Shown here piece by piece: positions 1 to 9,883 of a DNA stretch of 64,000 nucleotides. The DNA lies in assembly GCA_021108375.1 (NCBI GenBank), contig JAIORA010000048.1, forward strand, positions 66,977-130,976, given 5' to 3'. The translations under genes and the position numbers were made by a program. Under the pieces are notes generated by a model. That model searched no databases and was not told where the DNA came from. It was given only the letters and a program-made list of their open reading frames with translations. This DNA is from Anaerohalosphaeraceae bacterium. GTDB taxonomy: Bacteria > Planctomycetota > Phycisphaerae > Sedimentisphaerales > UBA12454. Numbering within the stretch: position 1 is the first letter of the stretch; each line of letters starts with the position of its first letter.

Positions 1-2299
1 TTTCGCCATTGGCATCATTAACATCAACAATATATTCCTCGCCTTTCCACCGCTTGAGCAGCCTCGGATAAACATTGCTCCATTTCAAATTGTCCGGAAA
101 AGGTGCATATCTCCTGTAGCCTGTGTACTCATCGTTTTCGCACTCCCACAGCAAATAAGGATATCTCTTCGCCCTGAAGGGTTCCATTACGAGCCGGTTG
201 TACGCATTTTGGCACTGCTGGCGCGTAGAAGCCACCTGGCCAAATATCGGATAAATCCGCGGTTTCAGTGTTTTGAGTTCACTCGGCTGTCGGCTGAAGT
301 AATCACTGCCAATTTGAGGATGGGCCTTATGTATCCACCGCCCGTACTTTTCCATTTGCGGCACAGCCAATTTGATATGCTCAACGGCAAGCTTGTGATA
401 TTTTTCGCTAAGCTGCCTCTCGGTTGTTTCGCTCATATTATTGTAGATAAGAGCAAAGTGGTAGTGGTGATAGAATCTGGTCAGGCCGGCAGTAGCTTTG
501 CCGAGCATCCAGAACCGCTCAAGAGTTTTATTTTTCGGACAAACGGCCATAGCTTTGGTTAGTTTCGCTTCGGCGTTGTCGGCTATTTTAATTGCTTCGG
601 TAAGTTTGAACTTCGACAATACCTGCTCAAGAGTTTTTTCGTTCACAGACAAAACATCGTTGGTCTGAGCAGTGGTATTGGTAGCGGTATAGCAATGTGT
701 CCTTTTGTCTTTTACAAAATTAAACATATGAAACCAATTGGTATTTTTCGACAAAATTATGAATGCATCGGTTAATTTGTATGTGTCTTTCAATGCATCA
801 GCCACATAAGGAGCAGCCTCATTACCAAACCTTTTTTGTGCCCATTTCAGCAAAAATTCGTAAGAGTCAAAATTGTATGGGTCCCAGGATATTTTATGTG
901 ATGCCAGCCTACTCGGCTCGTAAAGAACATCATCCTCAGCTTTCATTACCCTGATAGTAGGCTGACCTTTCATTCCCATCGCAGCGAGTTTCTCAAGCCG
1001 AGCTTTCAATTTCGGAGCTGTATAACAAAGTTGCGTTCTGCACGGCTGGTTAAGTTCCGGATGATGTGTATCCCAGCCAAAAGTCTCCATTCGAGGCATA
1101 TTTACAAACGGATTAAAATGGTCATTCCAGAGATAATCACTCCCCGGCGGAACGGTTACCTTTGACCAAAAACGAATGTCTTTGGGAAGTTTCTCTGCCA
1201 AGGCAAAAAACTTGTTAGTGTCCGCTTCCAGACCGTGCTTAAAAATGCCCCACGGACGAAGATAAATAACAGCGTCAGGAGTGCTTTCGTGCATCGCTTT
1301 ACGAATCAACATAAGATACTCGTAAAGCCTGTCCTCGTAAGACTGAGCTTCGCACTTTTCACAGCCGCAGGAAAAAATGCTTTGAGTGTGTTCGCCGATA
1401 TTGAGAAGTATTCCGCCAATATCATTAACATCAGCAAAAAGATTCTTGATTTTGTTGTACAACGCATCTTTGCTTGCCTGTTGAGACGGACATATAAAAG
1501 GATGCCACCACTCGGTTTTGCGATAAGGTTTCACTTCCGGACGGGCGGCGATAAACGAATCCCTGCCCCACCACGGCAGTGTTGGCTGATACATAAACAG
1601 ATAAACTTTGGCACCATAGGTTTTCGCTTCGGCAATTTTGTTTTTTAATCTTTCTCTGCGAACCATAACCTTGCGGATATGTTCGCTGCGGGTCTTCTCA
1701 TCGGGAAATATCTCAGGGGAGCTTTCATACAAAAACAAACTGCTGTCTCTACCATCTGGATTCTGCTGTTCGGGAGACCAGAAATTGACGAAATTGGCAC
1801 GCTTTTTAAGGTCGCCCTTACGAGTATCAAAGACAGGCCTGTCCCTGACATCAAATTTTTGTTTTTTTGATACCTCCCGCCCATCATCTTTAATTCGGTC
1901 GCGTAGTTCCATCAGGCCGTAAAGCAAGCCGACCTGAGTATTAGCTGTAATAAGAATTCGGCCATCTTCAAGGCTCTTGATATAAAAACCCTGCTCACCG
2001 AGCCATTGCGTTTCAAGTTTGGTTAATGATTTGAGAAGTGGAATAATATATTTATTATTCAGTCTTGCCGCAATAATAGAATTATTCACATCCTTGCTGC
2101 CAGGCATATCCGCAAGACTGCAAACACTGCCTATCTGCGATGCTGTTTCAGCTATACCGCCGATAGCATCAGTTTCTACAAAAACCTGTGTTTCAAGTGA
2201 TGCCGTAATTGCACCTAAAGCTGTCGCAATTCCGCCGAAAACAGTAATGCTCAAAAAAAAGACAGATAGACGAAACAGAACATTCCTACGCATTGTCAT
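1..2299 (-). CDS. Secreted glycoside-hydrolase-like protein, 3' end runs off window (absent from the ORF track)
   Basis: Hand translation from ATG 2299 (GGAG RBS upstream) is open to the window edge: MTMRRNVLFRLSVFFLSITVFGG... It has a signal-like N-terminus, a GH20/GH67-type N-terminal motif (EQGFYIKSLEDGRILITANTQVGLLYGLMEL), and FICPSQ...CGCEKC. Confidence 0.75.
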   Translation of the reverse strand, partial: MTMRRNVLFRLSVFFLSITVFGGIATALGAITASLETQVFVETDAIGGIAETASQIGSVCSLADMPGSKDVNNSIIAARLNNKYIIPLLKSLTKLETQWLGEQGFYIKSLEDGRILITANTQVGLLYGLMELRDRIKDDGREVSKKQKFDVRDRPVFDTRKGDLKKRANFVNFWSPEQQNPDGRDSSLFLYESSPEIFPDEKTRSEHIRKVMVRRERLKNKIAEAKTYGAKVYLFMYQPTLPWWGRDSFIAARPEVKPYRKTEWWHPFICPSQQASKDALYNKIKNLFADVNDIGGILLNIGEHTQSIFSCGCEKCEAQSYEDRLYEYLMLIRKAMHESTPDAVIYLRPWGIFKHGLEADTNKFFALAEKLPKDIRFWSKVTVPPGSDYLWNDHFNPFVNMPRMETFGWDTHHPELNQPCRTQLCYTAPKLKARLEKLAAMGMKGQPTIRVMKAEDDVLYEPSRLASHKISWDPYNFDSYEFLLKWAQKRFGNEAAPYVADALKDTYKLTDAFIILSKNTNWFHMFNFVKDKRTHCYTATNTTAQTNDVLSVNEKTLEQVLSKFKLTEAIKIADNAEAKLTKAMAVCPKNKTLERFWMLGKATAGLTRFYHHYHFALIYNNMSETTERQLSEKYHKLAVEHIKLAVPQMEKYGRWIHKAHPQIGSDYFSRQPSELKTLKPRIYPIFGQVASTRQQCQNAYNRLVMEPFRAKRYPYLLWECENDEYTGYRRYAPFPDNLKWSNVYPRLLKRWKGEEYIVDVNDANGE

Positions 2300-2370
2300 A
2301 AAAACTCCCAATGAAAATTATTATCGAACTTTGTGTGCGGCTCTCAATTTTGAAGGGTACAAAACCGATT

Positions 2371-3123
2371 TTACCAGAAATGGCGAGTTTTACCGCCATC
2401 ATAATGACGATCCGGGCTATCTGCCGTATCATTAAGCCGTTTCCAGAAAACATTGCCGCCGTTATGCAGCATAAGAGCTCCCTCGCGTTTTCTCATAGTA
2501 TGACTCCACGACCACCAAGGATAAATAGTTCTGGTCCAGTCGCTGGCCCAGTCTGACATCAGTGGAAAGTCTGACTTATCAACACTCCTTTTCGGCATTC
2601 GCTCTTTTTCTTTACGGTCGCGCCAATCTCCACCATCAGTGCCTGTAAAATTACCGAAGTAATTGTAGCCGATTGTGCCAACCTGACCCCAATCCGCCGT
2701 TGTGTTCTCCATTGTATGCACATTCGAGCAATACAGTGCTTTGTGATTTTTGATATATGATGAATAAAATGGGCTTACCCACTCTGAACCACCAGACAAT
2801 GCATTAATTTTGGACAGATGATAAGCGTGATGGGGATGTTTTTGTGCGGAACCTGTAATACTTTTCTCTGTTGTTCCCCCTATTTCGACTTCAACTATAT
2901 CGTGCGACGGATATTTCGTGTTATAATCACCTGCATATACCGTTAGAGCTAAGTGGCACTGATGCAGATTATTGCTGCAAATAACTCTTTTAGCCAACTC
3001 CCTTGCTCTTTGCAGTGAAGGCATCAAAATTGCCAAGAGCATAGCAATAATGGAAATAACAACCAAAAGCTCTACCAAAGTAAATGCCTTATACCCCCTT
3101 TTTTCGTGACTCAACATATCCAA
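2371..3123 (-). CDS. Prepilin-type N-terminal cleavage/methylation protein (planctomycete DUF1559-like)
   Basis: [42 protein letters not shown]. Confidence 0.9.
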   Translation of the reverse strand: MDMLSHEKRGYKAFTLVELLVVISIIAMLLAILMPSLQRARELAKRVICSNNLHQCHLALTVYAGDYNTKYPSHDIVEVEIGGTTEKSITGSAQKHPHHAYHLSKINALSGGSEWVSPFYSSYIKNHKALYCSNVHTMENTTADWGQVGTIGYNYFGNFTGTDGGDWRDRKEKERMPKRSVDKSDFPLMSDWASDWTRTIYPWWSWSHTMRKREGALMLHNGGNVFWKRLNDTADSPDRHYDGGKTRHFW

Positions 3124-3333
3124 AACTCCTTAATCGTCTTTAATTCCACTACGCCGTTAAGCATTAACCATTACGACTATATAAACCAAAAGGTCTGTCC
3201 TTTTTTTATATCAATAATAGCGAATTATAAATTTCCAAATACCGCTCCAGCCAAGGCGACCTGCTCATACAACTGATGAACCGGACGCCCTGACCAAAAA
3301 CAGCAATAACTTTACTCTTGCGCAAACTTCAAT

Positions 3334-4125
3334 TTAGCTGCGTCGGCGTTTCAAAACAAGCAAACTACCTAAACTAAGCAGTACCATTGTTGCAGGCTCA
3401 GGAACTATCTTAATATCATCGAAGTAGCCATAAATACTGTCGCTTCGGCCATAACCATAGACCCTGTCGAGTGAAGCACTGTCAGCATCATAGAAATCCT
3501 GATTCAGTGCAGTACTCCAGTCATCTGTTGAACCAGCTTCTCTGGCCTTGATGTCAAACTTTTTGGTTGAGTAGTCCAATGTCATCTCGAACTCATACCA
3601 GGTATCAGCCACAGCAGCCATTATCGTGGTGAAACCACTACCATCGTATATCTCGATGTTACCATTACCAGGATTTACCTGAATCCTGGCGGCCTTCTTG
3701 GCACTGTCGTCCATAATCATAAAGTAAGAATACCGGTTGCCGCTGTCGACTCGTATCGCGGTTTTCTGATACCAGGTTACTAAGTATTCACCTGTGTTGC
3801 CACCGTCAGCGAAGTCCAGCTTGGCATACTTTTCACTGGTGCCGGAACCGGTTAATCTGCCACACGCCGTGCCGCTGTAGGCCTCACCGCCGCCAACAAC
3901 TTGCTGGTAACTGGTATTATTCAGCCACTTGACCATTGAGGCCGGGTCGGGGTCGTTGTTACCGGCACCCGCATCAGCATCGCCCCATTCATGGCCTGTG
4001 TCCCAGGTACCTTCACCAGCACTGTTTGGCTCGAAGGTCGTATTGACCAACGCAGCACCTGCCGGTAATGCTACGCACATTACCACCATTAAAACAATTA
4101 ACTTTTTCATTTTCTTCGCCTCCAA
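3334..4125 (-). CDS. PEP-CTERM sorting domain protein
   Basis: Signal peptide (probable start MKKLIV); C-terminus VPEPATMVLLSLGSLLVLKRRRS. Confidence 0.92.
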   Translation of the reverse strand: MEAKKMKKLIVLMVVMCVALPAGAALVNTTFEPNSAGEGTWDTGHEWGDADAGAGNNDPDPASMVKWLNNTSYQQVVGGGEAYSGTACGRLTGSGTSEKYAKLDFADGGNTGEYLVTWYQKTAIRVDSGNRYSYFMIMDDSAKKAARIQVNPGNGNIEIYDGSGFTTIMAAVADTWYEFEMTLDYSTKKFDIKAREAGSTDDWSTALNQDFYDADSASLDRVYGYGRSDSIYGYFDDIKIVPEPATMVLLSLGSLLVLKRRRS

Positions 4126-4196
4126 AACTAAAAACTTTCAGACATTTTCTTCATCGCAACGCACGATGAATCTTAATGCTCAAGTAATTTAATAAA

Positions 4197-5102
4197 TTAA
4201 AAACATTCGTTATTGTAAGGGTCAGTGCAGGCCAGCCAGTTTTCAGCTAAAATAGCCATATCCTCGAAATCCACATAGCAGTCCTCGTTCAGGTCTCCTT
4301 TGGCATAGCCCCAATCGCCGCACTCGTATGTCGGCAAACCCTCTACCACTTTAATATCGTCAAAGTAGCCGTAAACCGTGTCCTTCGAAGCCTCACAATA
4401 TATACGGTCAAACGATACGCAGTTTGCATCGACAAAATCTAGGTCATCTAATGTACCCTGCCAAAATGAATTGCCTGCCTCTTTGACCCTGACATCAAAT
4501 TCCTTGGCCTGAAAATCAAGAACCATCTCGAATTCATACCAGACACGGTCAAGCATACCAGACATCAATGTTGCTGTTCCGCCGCCATAGGAAACCACAA
4601 TAGCATGCAGATCTTCACTCATAATCACTTTTACTGCCTCGTTGTAGGGGTCTGATTTATCTATAATCCACACGAAAGAGCTTCGGGAACCAGAAACCTC
4701 ACTTTGAGAGGCATTATACTGAAGCCAGGTCATTGTATAGACATCGTTGTAATCCCCCAATGTACCGAATTCCAGTTTGGAATACTTCGCGCCGCTACTC
4801 CTGCCTCTGAGCCAACCGCATTGGTCCCCTGAAATGGTAGTATCACTCGGACCAAACTGAGGATAGGTTGCATTTCTAATCCACTCTACTCCCGAACAGG
4901 GGTCAACTGCTCCACTGTATGGTTCGCTGGTTTGACGACCCCAACGAACACCATATTCATCATTGTCCCATGTCATTGGCCCGGCACTATCCACCTCAAA
5001 AGTCGTGTTGACCAGCACATCCCCATCGGCAGCATTTGCCACGCCGACAGCCAAAACAAGCATTCCTATTGTTACGCTAAATAATATAGCAAACTTTTTC
5101 AT
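4197..5102 (-). CDS. Secreted protein: one copy of the shared LVxTTFE domain plus dockerin/EF-hand-like tail
   Basis: Signal peptide; aligns by eye with 3334..4125; tail CGDWGYAKGDLNEDCYVDFEDMAILAENWLACTDP. Confidence 0.85.
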   Translation of the reverse strand: MKKFAILFSVTIGMLVLAVGVANAADGDVLVNTTFEVDSAGPMTWDNDEYGVRWGRQTSEPYSGAVDPCSGVEWIRNATYPQFGPSDTTISGDQCGWLRGRSSGAKYSKLEFGTLGDYNDVYTMTWLQYNASQSEVSGSRSSFVWIIDKSDPYNEAVKVIMSEDLHAIVVSYGGGTATLMSGMLDRVWYEFEMVLDFQAKEFDVRVKEAGNSFWQGTLDDLDFVDANCVSFDRIYCEASKDTVYGYFDDIKVVEGLPTYECGDWGYAKGDLNEDCYVDFEDMAILAENWLACTDPYNNECF

Positions 5103-5148
5103 TTTTACCTCCTTACGAAATTATAAAGAATATCTGTCTCATTTTTTT

Positions 5149-6726
5149 TTAGAACCTAACACAGTTTGCGTCATTGGGGTCGGAACATTCTACCCAATCC
5201 TGCGAGAAAGCCGCAAAATCTTTGAAGTCAACATAGCAGTCTTGGTTGAAGTCGCCTTCTTTGTAGCCATAACCACCGCAGCCATACAGCGAGACCTCAA
5301 AATCATCCCAATACCCATTGGCACCGGTCTGGTCAACTTTGCATTGTATCCAGTCGAAAGAATCAGAGATGTCAGCATTTCGCAAATACCCATCGACCAT
5401 ACCTTCCCATTTGGATTCGCCTAATTCCCTTACTTTGACATCAAATGTCTTATTTACGAAATTCAACTCTGCTTCAAAACCATACCAGGAGCCTGCGTTA
5501 TAATTGCTTAGCAGCGTTTTTGCTATCTTGCTTCCACCGATAGTGCCACAATTAACTGATATTTCCGTTGCCGCTCCGGTGTTATCGCTCCCCATAGTTA
5601 TCGCCAAGGCGATATTCGCCCAAGTCCCTGTATTCGGGCCAATGTCGCTACCAATAATCGTGCGTACATAGTTGTTCTTGGTTGAACCGGCATATTCGTA
5701 TTTCTGCCACCATTTCATAGTGTAAATACCGACATTGTTGCCATCGTCAAAGTTCAGCGCAACTACCGTTCCATAAGGAGAGGTGGCCGTACGCCAAATT
5801 TTACCTGCCGCTGAGGCATCGTGGGATGCGCCGGAAGCAGTTACAATACCATTTGCATCACCCTGAAAATCATACCATTGGTCGGTGCTGATTGGGTCGG
5901 GGTCGTTGCCATCGCCCCACAAGTCATCTGCAGGCCAGGTTCCAGCTCCGCCGCTGTTCACCTCAAAAGTCGTACCAACAAGGTCAATAACTCCGCCCGA
6001 CGGCAGTACCTGTACGGTAATATCATCAAAGAAACCGAAAATCTTATTTGATGCAGCCCGACAGTAGATACGGTCAAAAGAATCGCTGTCGGACGAAACA
6101 AAGTTTGCATCGTTTAACGTGCCTACCCAACTTACATCGTTTGCTTCCTTAGCTTTAATATCAAACTTCTTTGTCTGATAGTTCAATGTCAACTCAAACT
6201 CATACCAGGAATCATTTTTCATATTGCTCAATACTGTCGTAACTCCATCAGCAGTGTGAACCGAAATAGTATTGCCATCGGCATTCATAGTAACCTGTGT
6301 AGCCTCGTCGACATCATCATCGATAATCCACACATTGGAATGCCTATCTCCCGTATTCGAGTCTTGTATCTGATTGAGCTGATACCACTTTACTACATAA
6401 GTACCAGTTTTAGAGCCGTTACCGAATTCCAGCTTGGCATACTTGTTGCCGGTAACTCTTCCAGCCTGACCACCTTTCCAGACACGGCTTGTCGCAATGA
6501 TAGCCTTAGAGTTGTCATTTGCTACCCAGTTAATACCACTGGCAATATCCAGCTCGTCCCACACATCGCTTACAGATGTGTCCCATGTCTGGTAGCCGGC
6601 ACTTTCCTTTTCAAAGGTTGTTTTGACCAGATAGCCCCCCATAACAGGAACCACTGTCAAGCCCAGCAAGCACACAACAATAAATAAAATACCTGACTTT
6701 TTCATTTCAACCTCCTTCTGAATCAA
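5149..6726 (-). CDS. Secreted protein: two copies of the shared domain plus dockerin/EF-hand-like tail
   Basis: LVKTTFEKESAG and LVGTTFEVNSGG repeats; tail CGGYGYKEGDFNQDCYVDFKDFAAFSQDWVECSDP; probable start MKKSGIL. Confidence 0.85.
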   Translation of the reverse strand: MIQKEVEMKKSGILFIVVCLLGLTVVPVMGGYLVKTTFEKESAGYQTWDTSVSDVWDELDIASGINWVANDNSKAIIATSRVWKGGQAGRVTGNKYAKLEFGNGSKTGTYVVKWYQLNQIQDSNTGDRHSNVWIIDDDVDEATQVTMNADGNTISVHTADGVTTVLSNMKNDSWYEFELTLNYQTKKFDIKAKEANDVSWVGTLNDANFVSSDSDSFDRIYCRAASNKIFGFFDDITVQVLPSGGVIDLVGTTFEVNSGGAGTWPADDLWGDGNDPDPISTDQWYDFQGDANGIVTASGASHDASAAGKIWRTATSPYGTVVALNFDDGNNVGIYTMKWWQKYEYAGSTKNNYVRTIIGSDIGPNTGTWANIALAITMGSDNTGAATEISVNCGTIGGSKIAKTLLSNYNAGSWYGFEAELNFVNKTFDVKVRELGESKWEGMVDGYLRNADISDSFDWIQCKVDQTGANGYWDDFEVSLYGCGGYGYKEGDFNQDCYVDFKDFAAFSQDWVECSDPNDANCVRF

Positions 6727-6778
6727 AATAATTATTTAATAAAACACACAAATTCTTTTTGTACCGATTTTTTGCTAA

Positions 6779-7864
6779 TTACTTTTCTGTTATACTTATT
6801 TTCTTCTCTGACCGCACCTCGCCGGCTGATTGACGAATGATAAATTTGCTGGGGATTGCTATCTGCTTAGGCTCATCAATATCACGCTCTATTCCTTCCA
6901 TAAGCAGTTCAAAGGCAGAATTAACCATTTCCTCTACCGGCTGAGCAATTGTGCTAAGCGGCGGCTGGGAATATGCCATCGTACTTACATCATCAAAACC
7001 TACAATTGATATATCCTGCGGTACTCTTATGCCCATACGAGCCAGGGCCGAAGTCAAAAACAAGGCAAATTCACTTTGAATACATATAATCGCGGTACAT
7101 TCAGGATGGGACTTCAGGAATTTCTTTGTTTGCAAAAAAGCCAAATCAACATCAATGATGTGGCGAGTACCTTTATTGGCATAACTTTCATCGGTGCTAT
7201 ACAACCTATCCTGGCCTTTGCCGAAACCGTGCGATTCGATACTTTTATAGAATTCTATAAAACGCATATCTTTCTCCCAGCCTGGCCAACACATAGAAAA
7301 CATATAAATCTGACTGTGCCCAAGTCGATAAAGATGGTTTATCGCCTTTCTTATGCCAATGCTTACATCCTGGCATACCAACCTGTGGGAGGAATAGGCC
7401 GATTTGCCAAACAATGTCCCACTAAACAACACTGTCGGTACGGAAAATTTGAGCTTCGTTTGTATCTCTTTGACAGTCGCTTCCGGAAAAGCTCCCTTAA
7501 CAATGAGGCCATCCACGCCGCGTCCAATTAACTTATGTGCCCGCTTTACCGTTATATCAAGATTACCTTTGGTATGAGCAACATACACTTCATAGCCGGC
7601 ATTGTTGGCAAGCTCGTCCAGCTTCGCTTCCATAGTTGATGTTATCTCAAGAGATGGAGACCCCGCCAAAAAACCTATTGTCTGCGTCTTACCAAGAGAC
7701 AGACCTCTGGCTACTAAATTAGGCTTGTAATTCATTTCTTTTGCCAGTGATTTGATACGGTTACGTGTACTAATGGATATTTGGGAATCGTCCCGCAGTG
7801 CCCTGCTGACGGTACCACGTGAGATGCTTAGCTTTTCAGCGATAGAACTAAGAGTTGTTGCCAT
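6779..7864 (-). CDS. LacI-family transcriptional regulator
   Basis: TLSSIAEKLSISRGTVSRAL HTH, YKPNLVARGL, VPQDISIVGFDD, PPLSTIAQP. Confidence 0.95.
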   Translation of the reverse strand: MATTLSSIAEKLSISRGTVSRALRDDSQISISTRNRIKSLAKEMNYKPNLVARGLSLGKTQTIGFLAGSPSLEITSTMEAKLDELANNAGYEVYVAHTKGNLDITVKRAHKLIGRGVDGLIVKGAFPEATVKEIQTKLKFSVPTVLFSGTLFGKSAYSSHRLVCQDVSIGIRKAINHLYRLGHSQIYMFSMCWPGWEKDMRFIEFYKSIESHGFGKGQDRLYSTDESYANKGTRHIIDVDLAFLQTKKFLKSHPECTAIICIQSEFALFLTSALARMGIRVPQDISIVGFDDVSTMAYSQPPLSTIAQPVEEMVNSAFELLMEGIERDIDEPKQIAIPSKFIIRQSAGEVRSEKKISITEK

Positions 7865-7904
7865 TCTCCAATCCTTCCTTCACTTAAATAACCTGTTTGT
7901 CTAT

Positions 7905-7953
7905 TGCAACTGGTTGCGTATAGCATCGTAACCGGTTGCGCTAACAATGTCAA
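7905..7953 (-). promoter_or_regulatory. Sigma70 promoter with two LacI-type palindromic operators
   Basis: Minus strand TTGACA(7953-7948)-17 nt-TACGAT(7930-7925); palindromes TGCAACTGGTTGCG 7905-7918 and CGTAACCGGTTGCG 7927-7940. Confidence 0.75.
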
Positions 7954-8023
7954 GTGAAATAAACCGCAAATTTTAGAAAAATGTTTAAATCACCAAGAAA
8001 TGTCGCCCAACTCCTTTGTTTAC

Positions 8024-8063
8024 AAGATGTTAAGAGATACCAAGAGATGCTAAGAGATGTTAA
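8024..8063. repeat. 10-bp tandem repeat (AAGAGATGYT-like, about 4 copies)
   Basis: aagatgtt aagagatacc aagagatgct aagagatgtt aa. Confidence 0.7.
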
Positions 8064-8394
8064 ATGTCAAAGCAACCACTCTTCGGAAGGGTCAACAGTC
8101 CTTCAAAACAAGTGGGGAATTGTTTTTTTTCTGGAAAGGGGCGGCTTACAACCACCCCGTAGCCTTAGCCAGCAATGTAAGCCTTCACAGAAATTTTAAA
8201 AAGTTTAAAAAATCCAAAGAAAAAAGTAGCACGCCGATTTAGCTTCTGTTACAAACAAACGATTAATCGTGATTCACAATTCTCTTGTCAAATTCGGAGA
8301 TTTGCCGGAAGTCGATTTCGACAAAGCTTCTAAAAACGATATTACCAAGGCCTGGAATATAATCTTTTCCTCTGAGTAGCTCACCATCTAACTT

Positions 8395-8450
8395 AGATTT
8401 CTGCTTTCGCAAGAATGACAAATCTGCGTAATTTGTGAAATCTGTGTCTA
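8395..8450. repeat. Small repeat mosaic (ATGACA-ended hairpin plus CACAGATT-type repeat)
   Basis: agatttctgctttcgcaagaatgaca followed by aatctgcgtaatttgtgaaatctgtgtc; both module types recur elsewhere in the window. Confidence 0.7.
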
Positions 8451-8689
8451 AAAAAACAGACTTCAAAACTCCAGACATGTTGCAGAATACGCAAAAAAAT
8501 GGCCAAGATAGAGTAGTTTGCGCAAAATTTGCGCTATACATAGAGCTACCCTTAATTTCATCTTAAATTTTCTTGCAATACTGGCCGGTTTTATGTAGGG
8601 TGGGTGAAAATTTGCCGGAGCGAGTTTGCTGGCTTTTTTTGTTATTGCTCTTTGGCATAATTGGTGTAATTCATTGTAAATAAACAATT

Positions 8690-8779
8690 GGAGAGGTGCC
8701 CGAGTGGCTTAAGGGAACGGTTTGCTAAACCGTCGTATGGATACAATCCGTACCGGGGGTTCGAATCCCCCCCTCTCCG
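8690..8779 (+). tRNA. tRNA-Ser(GCT)
   Basis: GGAGAGG/CCTCTCC acceptor stem, ACGGT-TTGCTAA-ACCGT anticodon arm, long variable arm, GGTTCGAATCC. Confidence 0.97.
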
Positions 8780-9481
8780 TTTCTTTTTTATTCGCCAAAA
8801 TCACGTCTATAAGCTCTTGTAGTTCAGGCACTTGCGAATTGTTTACTATTTTAGACTGCCCTGTTGCCCTTAAGTTGCCCTTATTTGGAGCAGGTACAAT
8901 TTCAACTTCATGGCTTTTAGCCAGTTCCATCATAGCGTTCTGGCTGTCCTCATCATGCAAATAATAGTAAAGGTCAAGGATGTCTGAGGAACTATGTCCA
9001 AGCCAAGCCAGTGCTTTGCGGTAAGCAACACGGTGGTTGGCACACAGACTTGCAAAGTAAAGTGATGTCTGAATGAATGCAACTTGTATTGGGTTGGATT
9101 TTCGAATTTACATTCTGCACATAAAATTTTAATGTGTTTTAACAGTTTCCTTTCGTTAATAGCAGGGAGAAGAACTCCTTTATTCTCTCTATATGATTTC
9201 AACAATTCAGCGATTTGAGGATGTACAGGCACAAATCTATCCTCTTTATCCTTGGTTGTACCGTTTGAGCCGCCTCTTCGGATATGAATCATAGTGAATT
9301 GTTTTTCATCTTTCACAATATCTTCCCTCCGAAGCTGCTCAACTTCACCTACACGCAAGCCGGCATATCCCATCAAGGCAAATGCGATTTTTTCCTGCCC
9401 ATCTGCTAATTGAATTAAAGATTCAATCTGGCTGATGGTAAAGCAAGGTTGAGGCTTGGCCTTTGCCTTTGGGAATGACAC
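8709..9481 (-). pseudogene. Tyrosine recombinase/integrase, 5'-truncated and frameshifted
   Basis: AGLRVGE and HSFRH in one frame, WLGHSSSDILDLYYY in another. A tandem AAAGT-AAAGT at 9054-9063 sits at the shift. The N-terminus is replaced by an IS3 fragment. Confidence 0.88.
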
Positions 9482-9618
9482 TGCTCTGTGACGAGTTTTG
9501 CTGCCTGTAACTTGAACTCCTTGCTGTACTTTCGATACTTTGCCATTTTAGGACACTCCTTAATTAATTGGGACATTATAACCTCTGATCAAGTGTCCGT
9601 AAATCGTTCAGCACCTCA
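9481..9618 (-). mobile_element. IS3-family left end and OrfA fragment
   Basis: End TGAGGTGCTGAACGATTTACGGACAC; AAGGAG RBS; ATG 9546 gives MAKYRKYSKEFKLQAAKLVTEQ, then the frame runs into the integrase remnant. Confidence 0.75.
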
Positions 9619-9620
9619 GT

Positions 9621-9800
9621 TGGACAAAATTGTCTGATTGGCTTGATGACGCTCCTGATATCGACATAAAAGAGGACGTTGTAGGGTTAGGGAGTTATGA
9701 CAAAACTCTGACTGTACTTTTTACAACAGAAGCAATTGACTATGAGTCAACGCGGAAGGTAAAAATAATTGTCGCTGATCAAGAATCAAATTTAATATAG
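9621..9800 (+). pseudogene. 3' gene fragment cut by the IS3 end (possibly an ImmA/IrrE-like C-terminus)
   Basis: Open frame WTKLSDWLDDAPDIDIKEDVVGLGSYDKTLTVLF...* begins at the IS boundary; the family call is from recalled motif similarity only. Confidence 0.4.
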
Positions 9801-9883
9801 GTATAGACTTAATGAAATGATTGCTGGGAACAAATAGTTCAAAGTTATGCGAACACATATTTTGTTTCTAAATTATTTGCTTC

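Noticed and set aside
209-2556. Short ORFs listed in the track over the first 2.5 kb
   Set aside because: They are shadows of the long minus-strand gene starting at 2299 and of the prepilin gene
8263-8687. Two short minus-strand ORFs before tRNA-Ser
   Set aside because: They cross repeat modules and the tRNA upstream region, with no recognisable motifs
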